Assembly (NCBI GenBank): GCA_964427615.1
Contig: CAYRUR010000001.1
Coordinates: 50,425 to 114,424 of the forward strand
DNA: 64,000 nt
DNA from: an uncultured Gammaproteobacteria bacterium
Lineage (GTDB): Bacteria; Patescibacteriota; Microgenomatia; Levybacterales; GWA1-39-11
Direction of reading: 5' to 3'
Of this stretch, positions 50,409 to 60,713 are shown piece after piece. How positions within the stretch are numbered: the stretch's first letter is position 1; every line of letters starts with the position of its first letter. The notes under the pieces are model-generated. The model had not been told where the DNA came from and did no database searches. It was given only the letters and a program-made list of their open reading frames with translations. The position numbers and the translations under genes are program-made.

Positions 50409-51470
50409 ATGGATCAGGAGAAGGTTGCAGGTTTGGATATTAAAACACTCGCGTTGCTACCTCCTGTCGTAATTACTACCTGGGGAGGAACTGTTTTATT
50501 TTTGAATAATACAGCCGAAAAGTTGTTGAATACTTCTGATGGTAAAGGAAAGTCAACAAGGTCCCTTTTTCATGTCTCTAAGGAGGTAGAGAAAAAAATT
50601 ATTACTCAAAAGGAGAGCGTTATTACATTTGAGCACAAAACAAAAAAACACACTCATTACTTAAAAGTAACCACAAAACCTTTGTTGAAAGAAAAAAAAC
50701 TGCTGCTTATTGTACAGGATGTTACTGAGAGAAAACAGGAAGAGGAATATAGAGATTTCTTTGTTGGTATTGTAAGTCACGAATTAAAAACGCCTCTTGC
50801 TAGTATCAAGGCTTATGCTGAGTTACTAGAAATGAAAAACAAGCAAATTTTAGATGAGAAATCGTTAGGATATTTGAAACGTATTCATGGACTTATTTAC
50901 ACCCAAACACGACTTATTAATGAGTTGCTAGATCTTACTAAAATAAAAGCTGGAACCATGCAATATACTTTTGAAAAAGTTTCCTTGGATGATCTGTTGA
51001 AAGATACTGTTGAGGAAATTCAGCAAACTACTTTGACTCACCATATTACTTTAAGAGGAAAAAGTGGTGTATCTCTTACTATGGATAAAGTAAAAATAAA
51101 AGAAGTATTGTCTAATTTAATTATAAATGCTATTAAATATGCTCCTGAGAAAGATGAAGTTGTGGTGGAGGTATTAGAAAATGAAAAAGAGGTCACAGTG
51201 CGCGTTATTGATCAGGGAATAGGTATTGCTCCAGAACACCAAAAACAGATATTTGATCCTTATTTTCAAGGAAGGCAACGCAAAAAAAAGAAATCATCTA
51301 CAGGATTGGGGGTAGGGCTTTATATTTGTGCTGAAATTATCAAAAATCACCGAGGGACAATTTGGGTGGAGAGTCATCCAGGAAAAGGGTCTACTTTTTC
51401 TTTCAACCTGCCTAAATCTATAACTGTGAGAGAAAAGAGACAAAAAGAGGCACAAACAGCTAGTCTTTGA
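50409..51470 (+). CDS. Cytoplasmic PAS-domain sensor histidine kinase
   Basis: SHELKTPL, NLIINAIKY, DQGIGI and GLGVGLYI motifs; no TM helix. Confidence 0.92.
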   Translation: MDQEKVAGLDIKTLALLPPVVITTWGGTVLFLNNTAEKLLNTSDGKGKSTRSLFHVSKEVEKKIITQKESVITFEHKTKKHTHYLKVTTKPLLKEKKLLLIVQDVTERKQEEEYRDFFVGIVSHELKTPLASIKAYAELLEMKNKQILDEKSLGYLKRIHGLIYTQTRLINELLDLTKIKAGTMQYTFEKVSLDDLLKDTVEEIQQTTLTHHITLRGKSGVSLTMDKVKIKEVLSNLIINAIKYAPEKDEVVVEVLENEKEVTVRVIDQGIGIAPEHQKQIFDPYFQGRQRKKKKSSTGLGVGLYICAEIIKNHRGTIWVESHPGKGSTFSFNLPKSITVREKRQKEAQTASL

Positions 51471-52131
51471 TCATGTACCCAAATCCTCTCACAGAGTGTA
51501 TGAGCTTCTTGTCATAATGGGAGTCAATTTTCTTACGCAAGTACCCCACATATACATCAACAACGCGACTTTCAATATCAGATGAATATGCCCATACTCG
51601 ATTCAGTATCATCTCACGGGTCAACACGCGTCCTTTATTACTCAAAAGGTACTGCAGCAACTGGAACTCTGTTTGCGTAAGATTAATGAGTTTATTAGCT
51701 CTTTTTACCTCAAGTGTTTCATTGTTGAGTTCTAAATCACCTGCCAGGAGTTTTGATTCATGATTCTCTCCTTGTCTCAGGCGTGCTTTAATGCGAGCGA
51801 TAAGCTCTTCTCCTGCAAAAGGCTTAGTCATGTAATCATCAGCACCAATATCAAGTCCTTTTACGATATCTGAGACACTATCTCGAGCAGTAAGAATAAT
51901 AATAGGAAGGTCAGGATAGATTTTTTTAATTTCTGCACAAATTGCTTCTCCGCTAATATCGGGTAGACCCAGATCTAGTACTACCAGATCTGGCTGTGTT
52001 TTTTTAATGGCTTTTAGCGCTTTGACACCATCGGCAAATGCTTGAACAGTAAATCCGTTATCAAGCAAAAGCTCCTTTAAGTAATCTCGAAGATCTTGAT
52101 CATCCTCAAGCACAAATATAGTGTGAAGCAT
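51460..52131 (-). CDS. OmpR-family response regulator
   Basis: LEDD, VLDLGLP, GADDYMTKPF and VDVYVGYLRKKI...VRGFGY motifs. Confidence 0.95.
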   Translation of the reverse strand: MLHTIFVLEDDQDLRDYLKELLLDNGFTVQAFADGVKALKAIKKTQPDLVVLDLGLPDISGEAICAEIKKIYPDLPIIILTARDSVSDIVKGLDIGADDYMTKPFAGEELIARIKARLRQGENHESKLLAGDLELNNETLEVKRANKLINLTQTEFQLLQYLLSNKGRVLTREMILNRVWAYSSDIESRVVDVYVGYLRKKIDSHYDKKLIHSVRGFGYMIKD

Positions 52132-52182
52132 ATGCTCTATTATATACCATCGTCAAGTATTATAAATCCCCTCTAGCATGTC

Positions 52183-52215
52183 CTTACCAATTTCTTACGA
52201 TTTTATGGTTACACT
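52183..52215 (+). promoter_or_regulatory. CTTAC-N6-CTTAC direct repeat plus -10 TACACT
   Basis: CTTACCAATTTCTTACG-N10-TACACTTTCA upstream of the KGG gene. Confidence 0.65.
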
Positions 52216-52275
52216 TTCATCAAAAAGAGCCAAAATAGCTTATGAAAAATGCCAATAGAGAAGGAGGTGATACAT

Positions 52276-52434
52276 ATGGCAGGTAAAGGTAGAGGCTGGC
52301 ACGGAGATCCAGAAGGACACAAGCGGGCTGGAAGAAAAGGTGGCAAAGCTCCTCATAAAACAAGAGGATTAGCTGCTGCGTCTCCAGAAACAAGACAGCG
52401 AGTAGCCAGAAAAGGCGGAAAAGCTTCTCACTAA
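52276..52434 (+). CDS. KGG-motif general stress protein
   Basis: AGRKGG and VARKGGKAS motifs; GGAGGTGA SD. Confidence 0.8.
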   Translation: MAGKGRGWHGDPEGHKRAGRKGGKAPHKTRGLAAASPETRQRVARKGGKASH

Positions 52435-52615
52435 CGGTGAGGTAAATACAAGGTAGGTAGTAGTTAACGAAAAACGTACAACTATCTATCTTGTGCTGTG
52501 TTATTTATTTTCAAACATTATTATAAAAACGCTTTTAGGTAAAGAGGAATCAGGGTATTAAGGGCGCGAGAAAAAAGTATGCTTCTTTTTGTATTCATGC
52601 TATAATCATGAAAAT

Positions 52616-53599
52616 ATGCATCGGCTCATTGCCTATATTGTAAACCACCAAGTTATCTTACTCTTTGTACTCGTTCTTTTTAGCTGGTTTTTATTCACGA
52701 TAAGAGATATTCTCATTGGTCTTTTTATCTCTTATATTGTGATGGCTACATTGCTTCCTTCTGTTCAGTTTTTGAAGCAAAAAGGGGTTCCTAACTCATT
52801 TGCGGTTATTGCTGTCTATAGTGCTGCTTTACTCGTGCTTTTTTTGCTGATATTTCCGCTTATCCCTTTTTTGGTAGAGCAGGTGCAGGCGCTCTTTCTT
52901 AACTTGCCTAATTATCTTAATACCTCCGCAAGTGTTTTTGGATTTGAACTAGATGTCAATCAACTACGAGAACTTATCTCCTCCCAACTAGAAGTAATAG
53001 GAGGTAATATTCTGGCACTTACTACCACTCTGATTGAAGTGGTGTTCGCGTTTTTAACTATTTTTATTATTGGACTGTACTTACTGTTAACTCATGATCA
53101 AATTCTTAAAAGCATTGTTTCTTTCTTCTTTCCTAAAAATGAAAAACAAGCATTTGAGGTTATTAGTCGAGTAGATGCCAAAATGGGAGCTTGGCTTAGA
53201 GGTCAAATAGCCCTTTCTTTGATTATTGGAGTACTCACGTGGTTGGCTCTCACTATTTTAGGTGTTAACTACGCACTTCCACTGGCGCTTATTGCTGGCA
53301 TTCTGGAGATTGTACCCACCATTGGACCTATTATTGCAGCTATCCCAGCAATTATTGTTGCTTTAGGTGTTTCGTTACCTTCTGCGCTTCTGGTAGCCGG
53401 TGTATACTTAGGAATTCAACTTTTTGAGAGCAACGTCTTGGTGCCCAAAATCATGAATAAAGCAGTAGGTCTTAATCCAGTAGCAGTCATTTTGGCTGTT
53501 ACTATTGGAGGAAAGTTATTGGGAATCTTAGGTGCATTACTTGCTGTTCCTTTCCTTTCTTTGATCATCGTTGTGTATAGTAACATAAAAGAGTCTTGA
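52616..53599 (+). CDS. AI-2E family transporter
   Basis: WLRGQ, LEIVPTIGP and ESNVLVPKIMNKAVGLNP motifs. Confidence 0.9.
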   Translation: MHRLIAYIVNHQVILLFVLVLFSWFLFTIRDILIGLFISYIVMATLLPSVQFLKQKGVPNSFAVIAVYSAALLVLFLLIFPLIPFLVEQVQALFLNLPNYLNTSASVFGFELDVNQLRELISSQLEVIGGNILALTTTLIEVVFAFLTIFIIGLYLLLTHDQILKSIVSFFFPKNEKQAFEVISRVDAKMGAWLRGQIALSLIIGVLTWLALTILGVNYALPLALIAGILEIVPTIGPIIAAIPAIIVALGVSLPSALLVAGVYLGIQLFESNVLVPKIMNKAVGLNPVAVILAVTIGGKLLGILGALLAVPFLSLIIVVYSNIKES

Positions 53600-53632
53600 A
53601 GCCCTCTACTTTCCTCAGTACAATACAGACAC

Positions 53633-55006
53633 ATGAAAATACAAAACTTTGATGAAGCATTGAATTACCTTTTTAATGCGATACCTCAGGGTAGCCAGCA
53701 GCAGTTCCCAGGAGAGTTAGGGCTAAAGCGTGCAAAACAACTGCTTATGCTTTTGGATTCTCCTCAAGAGAAGATGAAAGTTATTCATATTGCTGGAACT
53801 TCAGGTAAGGGCTCCACAGCTTATCTTACGAGTGCTTTATTAGTTGGTATGGGTAAAAAAGTGGGACTGCATCTTTCTCCCCATATTCTTGACATCCGTG
53901 AACGGGCACAAATTAATAATGAATTAGTATCAAAAAAAGTCTTTGTACAGTACCTTAATGAAATTATTCCTGCTGTGGAAAAGCTAACACAAACCTCTTT
54001 TGGTAAACCTACCTACTTTGAAATTCTAGTAGCTCTAGCATTTTATATCTTTTATAAAGAAAAAGTTGAGTACGCAGTGATTGAAACAGGTATGGGAGGG
54101 TTACTAGACGGTACCAATATTGTTCAAAATCCTAATAAAGTTGCGGTTATTACCCGTATTGGTATGGATCATACTGCCATCTTGGGTAACACACTTGCTG
54201 CTATTACTAAGCAAAAGGCAGGGATCATCCAGACCAAAAATACCGTTTTTGCTATTCAGCAGTCTCCTGCAGTATTACATGTTTTAAAACAAACAGTAAA
54301 AGAAAAAGGAGGAGCATTAATGGTAGTAGAGTCAAAAAAACACTACAAACATGTTTCTTTCAGTGAGCAAGGCACTTTCTTTGATTTCTCTTTTGAAGGT
54401 TCGAGTTTTAAAAAGTTACATCTTTCTTTAATTGGTGCCTATCAGGCTGAGAATGCTGCACTTGCTTTGGCGACAGTTTTGCATATAAGCAAAAGAGATA
54501 ATCTTACTATTACAGAACCAACCATTCGGGACGCACTTGAACAGGTACATATTCCAGCACGAACTGATTTACGCTCTTATCACACGAAAAAAATCATACT
54601 TGATGGGGCACATAATCCTCAAAAAGTGTCTGGCCTTGTAACTACACTTAAAACGCTTTATCCAGATAAAAAAATGACATTTGTTATTGCGTTTAAAAAA
54701 GGAAAAGAATATAAAAAAATGCTTTCTCTGCTAACTCCTTTAGCAGAAAAGATTATTATCACTGGTTTTTTTAGTGAAAAACAGGACCTGGTTCATTTAT
54801 CAGAAGACCCAGAGAAATTAAAAAAGATACTTTTTTCCCTGGGGTTTGTAAATGTTGTAGTTGCTGATTCTATTCCAAAAGCTATAGACCAAGCAGAAAA
54901 AAGCTCCTCAGAGATTGTTATTTTTACGGGGTCTTTGTATTTTTGTGCTGAGGTATATCAATTTCTTCCTTCTATTGTCTATTCTTCACAACAGGGGTCT
55001 TTGTAG
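53633..55006 (+). CDS. folC: Folylpolyglutamate synthase/dihydrofolate synthase
   Basis: HIAGTSGKGST, SPH, ETGMGGLLDGTN, DGAHN and TGSLY motifs. Confidence 0.92.
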   Translation: MKIQNFDEALNYLFNAIPQGSQQQFPGELGLKRAKQLLMLLDSPQEKMKVIHIAGTSGKGSTAYLTSALLVGMGKKVGLHLSPHILDIRERAQINNELVSKKVFVQYLNEIIPAVEKLTQTSFGKPTYFEILVALAFYIFYKEKVEYAVIETGMGGLLDGTNIVQNPNKVAVITRIGMDHTAILGNTLAAITKQKAGIIQTKNTVFAIQQSPAVLHVLKQTVKEKGGALMVVESKKHYKHVSFSEQGTFFDFSFEGSSFKKLHLSLIGAYQAENAALALATVLHISKRDNLTITEPTIRDALEQVHIPARTDLRSYHTKKIILDGAHNPQKVSGLVTTLKTLYPDKKMTFVIAFKKGKEYKKMLSLLTPLAEKIIITGFFSEKQDLVHLSEDPEKLKKILFSLGFVNVVVADSIPKAIDQAEKSSSEIVIFTGSLYFCAEVYQFLPSIVYSSQQGSL

Positions 55007-55116
55007 CCACAATTACGGCAGATTGAATCACGAGATCCGGGCATGGCACTAATAGTCTCTTCACAGCGAGGACATGTTCTTAGTGGAATATCAAATTGAC
55101 TTCTGTCATCTTGCAT
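54979..55116 (-). CDS. 45-aa Cys-rich Zn-ribbon microprotein (not in the ORF track)
   Basis: MQDDRSQFDIPLRTCPRCEETISAMPGSRDSICRNCGYKDPCCEE; TGCTATACT 6 nt before the ATG. Confidence 0.7.
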   Translation of the reverse strand: MQDDRSQFDIPLRTCPRCEETISAMPGSRDSICRNCGYKDPCCEE

Positions 55117-55141
55117 ATAAAAAGTATAGCATAATATATTT

Positions 55142-55168
55142 TTAGCACTTGACTTTATCGAGTGCTTA
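55142..55168 (+). promoter_or_regulatory. CIRCE element (HrcA operator) overlapping the clpB -35 box
   Basis: TTAGCACTT-N9-GAGTGCTTA versus consensus TTAGCACTC-N9-GAGTGCTAA; TTGACT at 55149-54. Confidence 0.85.
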
Positions 55169-55187
55169 TTTTATTCTATATACAGCT

Positions 55188-57332
55188 ATGAATGGTGGTG
55201 GAATAGAAGAACTTCTAAAACCTGTAACACCTGAAGAGGCATTAAAAAAGTTTACAATAAGCCTCACAGATCTTGCACGAAGCGGAAAAATTGATCCAGT
55301 TATTGGTAGAGAAAGCGAGATAAGACGGGTCATGCAGATTTTAGCCCGTAGAACCAAAAATAACCCTATTTTGCTAGGAGATCCAGGAGTCGGAAAAACA
55401 GCGATTGTTGAAGGATTGGCACAGAAAATAGTAGATGGAGAAGTGCCTACACCCCTTAAAGACAAAGAGCTCTTATCTTTGGATTTTGCACAATTGCTTG
55501 CTGGAGCAAAGTTTCGGGGAGAGTTTGAAGAGCGACTGAAAGCAGTTGTTAGGGCTATTGAGGAAGCAAGCGGTAAGTATATTGTCTTTATTGATGAATT
55601 GCATACGATTGTGGGTGGGGGCTCCGCTGAAGGAGCTGTAGATGCAGGTAATATGTTAAAGCCAGCTTTGGCACGAGGAACCCTGAAGATGATTGGGGCA
55701 ACTACTGTGCAAGAGTATCGCAAATACATTGAAAAAGACCAGGCTTTGGCACGACGTTTTCAACCAGTATCAGTTGATGAGCCAAGTCTTGAGGATACGA
55801 TCTCTATCTTGCGAGGTATAAAAGAGCGCTATGAATTACATCACGGCATTAGAATTACGGATAACGCTTTAATCGCTGCTGCCAAACTTTCTACTCAGTA
55901 TATACCCCAGCGTTTTTTGCCTGACAAGGCAATTGATTTAATTGATGAAGCAGCCTCAGCTATTAAAATAGAAACAGAAAGTATGCCTACAGAGCTTGAG
56001 GAGTTGAAGCGCAAAATTACTCAAATAGAGATAGAACTAGCAGCACTCAAAAAAGAAAACACTCCAGTCTCAGAGAACAAAAAAGAGCAGAATAAAAAAG
56101 AGCTCGAGGAGTTGAAAGAAAAAGCAAGCAAACTTGAGAAAAGCTGGGAGAAGCAAAAAGAGGTAATCCAAAAAATACAGGAAGGACGCTCAAAGTTAGA
56201 TTTGTTAAAAACAGAACTAGATAGAGCAGAACGGGAAGTAAATCTTGAGAAGGCAGCAGAAATTAAATACGGCAAAATACCAGAACTTGAAAGGCAGCTG
56301 CAAACTCATTTAGAATCGTGGGAGAAAATTCCTGAAGAAGAACGTATTTTGCGAGAGGAAGTAGATGAAGAAGACGTGGCAAAAGTAGTGGCTCGCTGGA
56401 CTGGTATACCCGTTACCCGTATTCTTTCAACAGAGGCAGAACGTCTTCTCCACTTGGAAGAAGAACTCAATAAGCGAGTAATAGGACAGGAAGAAGCATT
56501 AAGGTCTTTGGCTCGCGTTATTCGTCGTTCTCGTTCTGGATTGGCTGAAAAGAATAAACCTATTGGTGCTTTTCTCTTCTTGGGTCCTACCGGCGTGGGG
56601 AAAACTGAAACCGCCAAATCTTTGGCTCAAATTCTTTTTAATGATGAGCATGCCATGGTAAGAATTGATATGGGAGAGTATCAAGAAGCCCATACGGTAG
56701 CTCGTCTTATCGGTGCTCCTCCCGGCTATATTGGATATGATGAAGGAGGACAGCTAACTGAGGCAGTCAGAAGAAAGCCTTACACTGTGATCTTATTTGA
56801 TGAGATAGAAAAAGCTCATCCTCAGGTTTTTAATCTCTTTTTACAGTTGCTTGATGAAGGAAAGTTAACAGACAGTAAAGGTGTAGTGGTTGATTTTAAA
56901 AACACCATTATCATTATGACCTCAAATCTAGGAAGTGAAATTATTAAAGAATACGCTCACGATGATAAAAAATTAAATGAAAAGATGATGGAAGTATTGC
57001 ATACTGTCTTTAAACCTGAATTTATCAATAGGCTTTCAGGAATTGTTATCTATGATCCTTTGAATATGCAGGATATTCGCCAAATTGCTCGTTTGCAACT
57101 GAAAGAAGTAAAAAAGCGGGTTGCAGAACTAGGGATTACTTTGCACATCTCAGATGGTTTAGTAGATTACTTTGCGCAAAGAGGGTATGATGAGGCTTTT
57201 GGAGCACGCCCATTGAAGCGTTTGATAGAAGAAAAATTGGTGGATGAAATAGCCCTCAAGACCATTGAGGGAAAGGTAAAGGCAGGAGATGTTATCAATC
57301 CTTCCATAAAAGAAGAAGAACTTATTATTTAA
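55188..57332 (+). CDS. clpB: ClpB chaperone lacking the N-terminal Clp-repeat domain
   Basis: [15 protein letters not shown], coiled-coil M domain, GPTGVGKTE and GARPLKR motifs. Confidence 0.92.
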   Translation: MNGGGIEELLKPVTPEEALKKFTISLTDLARSGKIDPVIGRESEIRRVMQILARRTKNNPILLGDPGVGKTAIVEGLAQKIVDGEVPTPLKDKELLSLDFAQLLAGAKFRGEFEERLKAVVRAIEEASGKYIVFIDELHTIVGGGSAEGAVDAGNMLKPALARGTLKMIGATTVQEYRKYIEKDQALARRFQPVSVDEPSLEDTISILRGIKERYELHHGIRITDNALIAAAKLSTQYIPQRFLPDKAIDLIDEAASAIKIETESMPTELEELKRKITQIEIELAALKKENTPVSENKKEQNKKELEELKEKASKLEKSWEKQKEVIQKIQEGRSKLDLLKTELDRAEREVNLEKAAEIKYGKIPELERQLQTHLESWEKIPEEERILREEVDEEDVAKVVARWTGIPVTRILSTEAERLLHLEEELNKRVIGQEEALRSLARVIRRSRSGLAEKNKPIGAFLFLGPTGVGKTETAKSLAQILFNDEHAMVRIDMGEYQEAHTVARLIGAPPGYIGYDEGGQLTEAVRRKPYTVILFDEIEKAHPQVFNLFLQLLDEGKLTDSKGVVVDFKNTIIIMTSNLGSEIIKEYAHDDKKLNEKMMEVLHTVFKPEFINRLSGIVIYDPLNMQDIRQIARLQLKEVKKRVAELGITLHISDGLVDYFAQRGYDEAFGARPLKRLIEEKLVDEIALKTIEGKVKAGDVINPSIKEEELII

Positions 57333-57355
57333 CGCCTCTTTTTTCTTTCTCCTAC

Positions 57356-57385
57356 TTGACAAAAAGTTATCCACATTCGTATACT
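57356..57385 (+). promoter_or_regulatory. dnaA promoter with a DnaA box in the spacer
   Basis: TTGACA (57356-61), TTATCCACA (57367-75), TATACT (57380-85). Confidence 0.8.
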
Positions 57386-57469
57386 CAAGCTGCTACGAAG
57401 GGCACAGCTGCCCACTGATTAAAGACCTTAACGCTTCGACTGCCAGGTGAGGTTTCTCTGCTTTGTTAT

Positions 57470-58807
57470 ATGGACACATTATGGAAATTAGTACTCGATG
57501 AAATAGAAGTTGAAGTTTCAAAACCCATTTTTCACACCTTTTTCAAAGGAACGGAGTTGGTCTCAATTCAGGATGAAGAAGTGGTTGTCTCAGCTCCTAC
57601 CCATATGACTGCCGATTATATTGAGAAGCGTTATGCCCCGCTTATTCAAAGAATTCTGGAAAAAAAGCTAGAACACTCTATTACCCTTTCCTTTGTTACT
57701 GCAGCTAAAAAAGAAAACCAAAAAAAAGAAAATTCAGGTCCTTTGTTTGCCAAAGAGGTTTTAATGTCTAAAAGAAGTAGATCTAGACCCTCTCGTATTC
57801 GTCCTGACTATACATTTGATACCTTCGCCGTATCTGAGAGTAATCAACTGGGCTATACTGCTGCGTTAACAGTGGCCAATAATCCGGGCATTAACTACAA
57901 CCCACTCTATTTGTACGGTACGGTAGGAGTAGGAAAAACCCATTTAATGCATGCGATTGCCAATCATATTTATGACAAAGATGATATTCAGGTTTTATAT
58001 TTGACGACTGAGGAGTTTACAAATGAAGTAGTAGAGGCAATCCGCGATAAGACTACCACTCAGTTGCGTAAGAAATTCAGAAACATCAACTTGCTCTTGC
58101 TTGATGATATCCAATTTTTAAGCGGAAAAGAGCGGGTGCAGGAGGAGCTGTTTCATACATTCAACACCTTGATAGACAAAGGGAATCAGATCGTATTTTC
58201 CTCTGATCGTCCTCCCCATGAAATTCAAAAAATAGAAGCGCGTCTTGCTTCTCGCTTTGAAGGAGGACTGACGATTGACATTGCGCCACCGGATTTTGAG
58301 TTAAGAACGGCAATTCTCCTTATCAAAAGTAAAAAATATAATGTAGAGCTTTCATTAGATTTGGCCAAAATTGCTGCTGAAAAAATTATGGATACGAGAG
58401 CTTTGGAAGGATTTTTGCTGCGTCTCTCATCTGAGGTGATGCGAGGCAATACCATAGATGAAGCGCTTATTTTAACTATCTTAGGTAAGCAAAAAGAAGC
58501 AAATAAAGTGTTGCGTCCGGATGATGTGATTAATACGATTTGTGATTTTTTCAGTATCAAGCCCACCCAGCTCAAAGGCACCAAACGAGATGCCATTTTA
58601 GTGCGCCCCCGACACATGTGTATGTATCTTTTGAAAGAAGAAGCAGGTCTGACGTTTGTGGAGATCGGTAATTTACTTGGAGGACGGGATCACACAACAG
58701 TCATGCACGGAGTCGAAAAAGTAAAAACGCTTCTTTCAAAAGAGGAAAAAGTAAAAGGTGAAATGTTGTCTATCAAAAAGAAAATAAGCGAAGAGTTTAT
58801 GCATTAG
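57470..58807 (+). CDS. dnaA: Chromosomal replication initiator DnaA
   Basis: YNPLYLYGTVGVGKTHL, LLLDDIQF, QEELFHTFN and GGRDHTTVMH motifs. Confidence 0.97.
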   Translation: MDTLWKLVLDEIEVEVSKPIFHTFFKGTELVSIQDEEVVVSAPTHMTADYIEKRYAPLIQRILEKKLEHSITLSFVTAAKKENQKKENSGPLFAKEVLMSKRSRSRPSRIRPDYTFDTFAVSESNQLGYTAALTVANNPGINYNPLYLYGTVGVGKTHLMHAIANHIYDKDDIQVLYLTTEEFTNEVVEAIRDKTTTQLRKKFRNINLLLLDDIQFLSGKERVQEELFHTFNTLIDKGNQIVFSSDRPPHEIQKIEARLASRFEGGLTIDIAPPDFELRTAILLIKSKKYNVELSLDLAKIAAEKIMDTRALEGFLLRLSSEVMRGNTIDEALILTILGKQKEANKVLRPDDVINTICDFFSIKPTQLKGTKRDAILVRPRHMCMYLLKEEAGLTFVEIGNLLGGRDHTTVMHGVEKVKTLLSKEEKVKGEMLSIKKKISEEFMH

Positions 58808-58857
58808 GAGTTCTGTTGCGTTTTGTAAGACAGCAGGCTATACTACTTGAATACACG

Positions 58858-59958
58858 ATGAAAATTGAGTTTTTAACTGAAAACATAGAGAAGTTTCTTC
58901 CCATGTTGGTAAAAATAGTCCCCTCACATGCACAAGTCCCTGTTCTTTCTCATTTATTGCTGGAGACAGATGGTGCACATTTTTATATTTCTGCCACAGA
59001 CTTGGAAATAGGTATGAAAGTAAAAATTCCAGCCAAAATAGAGGAAGAGGGTGCTATCACCGTTTCAGGAAAGCATTTTGCCGAGGTTATTAGTTCTCTT
59101 TCTAAAGGGAAAGTAAAACTTGAAACAGAGCAGGAAAATGTCGTGCTATCCTCATCTGATGGAAAAATGGTTTTTCAGACCATTCCTAAAGAAGAATTCC
59201 CAGAGCTATTCGCTGAGAAAGGTGAGAAAATACGCACCTTTACCCAAAAAGAAATAAAGGATATTTTTGCACGTCTTCCTTTTGCAGCTTCTATTGATGA
59301 ATCACGTCCTCAGTTAACTGGTGTATATATCAATCAAAAAGATGATCATACTGATTTTGTAGCTACAGATGGATTTAGGTTGAGTCTTAAAAGAATAAAA
59401 GAAAAAGGTATGCTTGATGAGGATAAAGGACTTATTTTATCGGCAAAATTAATGAATGAGGTACTTTCTTTGAAAGAGGAACAAGTAGAAATGTATGTGT
59501 ATGAGGCTGGAAATCAGGTGCTTTTTGAAACGCCCAATGTTATTGTTATTGGACGGCTTATTCACGGTGATTTTCCTCAATATGAGCGGGTTATTCCAGA
59601 AGAAAACAAAACAAAAGTGACGGTGGCCAAAGACGAATTTGCACAAGCCTTACGTCTTTCTTCAGTATTTGCCAAAGAAAGTGCCAATATTGTAAAACTA
59701 GTAATTTCTGGTGGGAAAATACTTTTTCTGACCCGCTCCTCGGGCATTGGAGAAGGAGAAATTACGGTAGATGCTAAGCAAGAAGGAGAAGATAACGAGA
59801 TTTCTTTTAACGTAAAGTATCTGAATGATTTACTGAGAAACGTGGATGCAAAACAAATTACCATGGAAATAAATAGTCCTCTAGAATCAGCTCTTTTTAA
59901 AGTAGACAATGATCCAGACTTCTTACACGTCATCATGCCTGTACGGGTGCAGGAGTAG
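58858..59958 (+). CDS. dnaN: DNA polymerase III beta clamp
   Basis: ATDLEI, VATDGFRLS, FPQYERVIP and IMPVR motifs. Confidence 0.95.
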   Translation: MKIEFLTENIEKFLPMLVKIVPSHAQVPVLSHLLLETDGAHFYISATDLEIGMKVKIPAKIEEEGAITVSGKHFAEVISSLSKGKVKLETEQENVVLSSSDGKMVFQTIPKEEFPELFAEKGEKIRTFTQKEIKDIFARLPFAASIDESRPQLTGVYINQKDDHTDFVATDGFRLSLKRIKEKGMLDEDKGLILSAKLMNEVLSLKEEQVEMYVYEAGNQVLFETPNVIVIGRLIHGDFPQYERVIPEENKTKVTVAKDEFAQALRLSSVFAKESANIVKLVISGGKILFLTRSSGIGEGEITVDAKQEGEDNEISFNVKYLNDLLRNVDAKQITMEINSPLESALFKVDNDPDFLHVIMPVRVQE

Positions 59959-59961
59959 GGA

Positions 59962-60711
59962 TTAAGGAGTATTCGTGTAATTGATAGTGTGAGTTGCAGG
60001 GTCTACCCCATTACTTCTAATCCAATCAGTAACTTCTTTTTTTATCTCTTCCAGATCTTTTGTTTTATTTTTTACCTGTACCTCAAGGGTTAAACGCCCT
60101 GTGTAATTGATACTATAGTCAGCAGTAGTATGGGGGGTAACATCAAACAATGGGTAGTACTTATTGATACGTTCTTCTTGTTGTTCATTTAACAGTTGCG
60201 GTGCAGATTCAGCAGATTCGGATGAAGTAGTAAAAGACCATGTTTTGATTATTTTTTGTGTGGTATTGTCAGTAACAGAAAATGTATAGGTTGTATTTGG
60301 ACTAAATCCTCCTAGTACTCTTACTTCTACTTTTTCTGTTGGATAAGTGTTAATCACTTTTAGTGAGTGGTTTTCCGGTAGAGCAGGGTTTATGGACAAA
60401 GTAAATGCGCTCTCTGAGAGAATAGGGGTGTTAGTAGCAAATGAAATAATGATCTCACCATTGGAAACGTTCTGTTGCTTATCTTGCGGAAAAGTAGATA
60501 TAACCTCAAATGACTTTTGTTGAGGAGGTTGTGTTATTGAGGGTGTAGCTTTTGGAGAGGTATCAGTAGAGATGGGTTCTTTTTTATTAGAGAATAACAA
60601 CAGGAGGCCAATAGTAAAAAGCATCAAAAGAACTACTACTGCAATAATAATTTTCTTTTTATGCAGTTGTAAAAATGATGGTTGAGGTGTTATTGGTTGA
60701 ATGTTTTCCAT
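59962..60711 (-). CDS. Single-TM protein with Ig-like (Big_5-like) domain
   Basis: TM helix, Pro/Thr linker, VISTFPQD...ISF...PNTTYTFSV...WSFTT. Confidence 0.6.
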   Translation of the reverse strand: MENIQPITPQPSFLQLHKKKIIIAVVVLLMLFTIGLLLLFSNKKEPISTDTSPKATPSITQPPQQKSFEVISTFPQDKQQNVSNGEIIISFATNTPILSESAFTLSINPALPENHSLKVINTYPTEKVEVRVLGGFSPNTTYTFSVTDNTTQKIIKTWSFTTSSESAESAPQLLNEQQEERINKYYPLFDVTPHTTADYSINYTGRLTLEVQVKNKTKDLEEIKKEVTDWIRSNGVDPATHTINYTNTP

Positions 60712-60713
60712 GG

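Noticed and set aside
57333-57469. oriC in the clpB-dnaA gap
   Set aside because: There is only one DnaA box, inside the promoter, and no trios or AT-rich unwinding region; the 46.1-46.4 kb locus fits much better.
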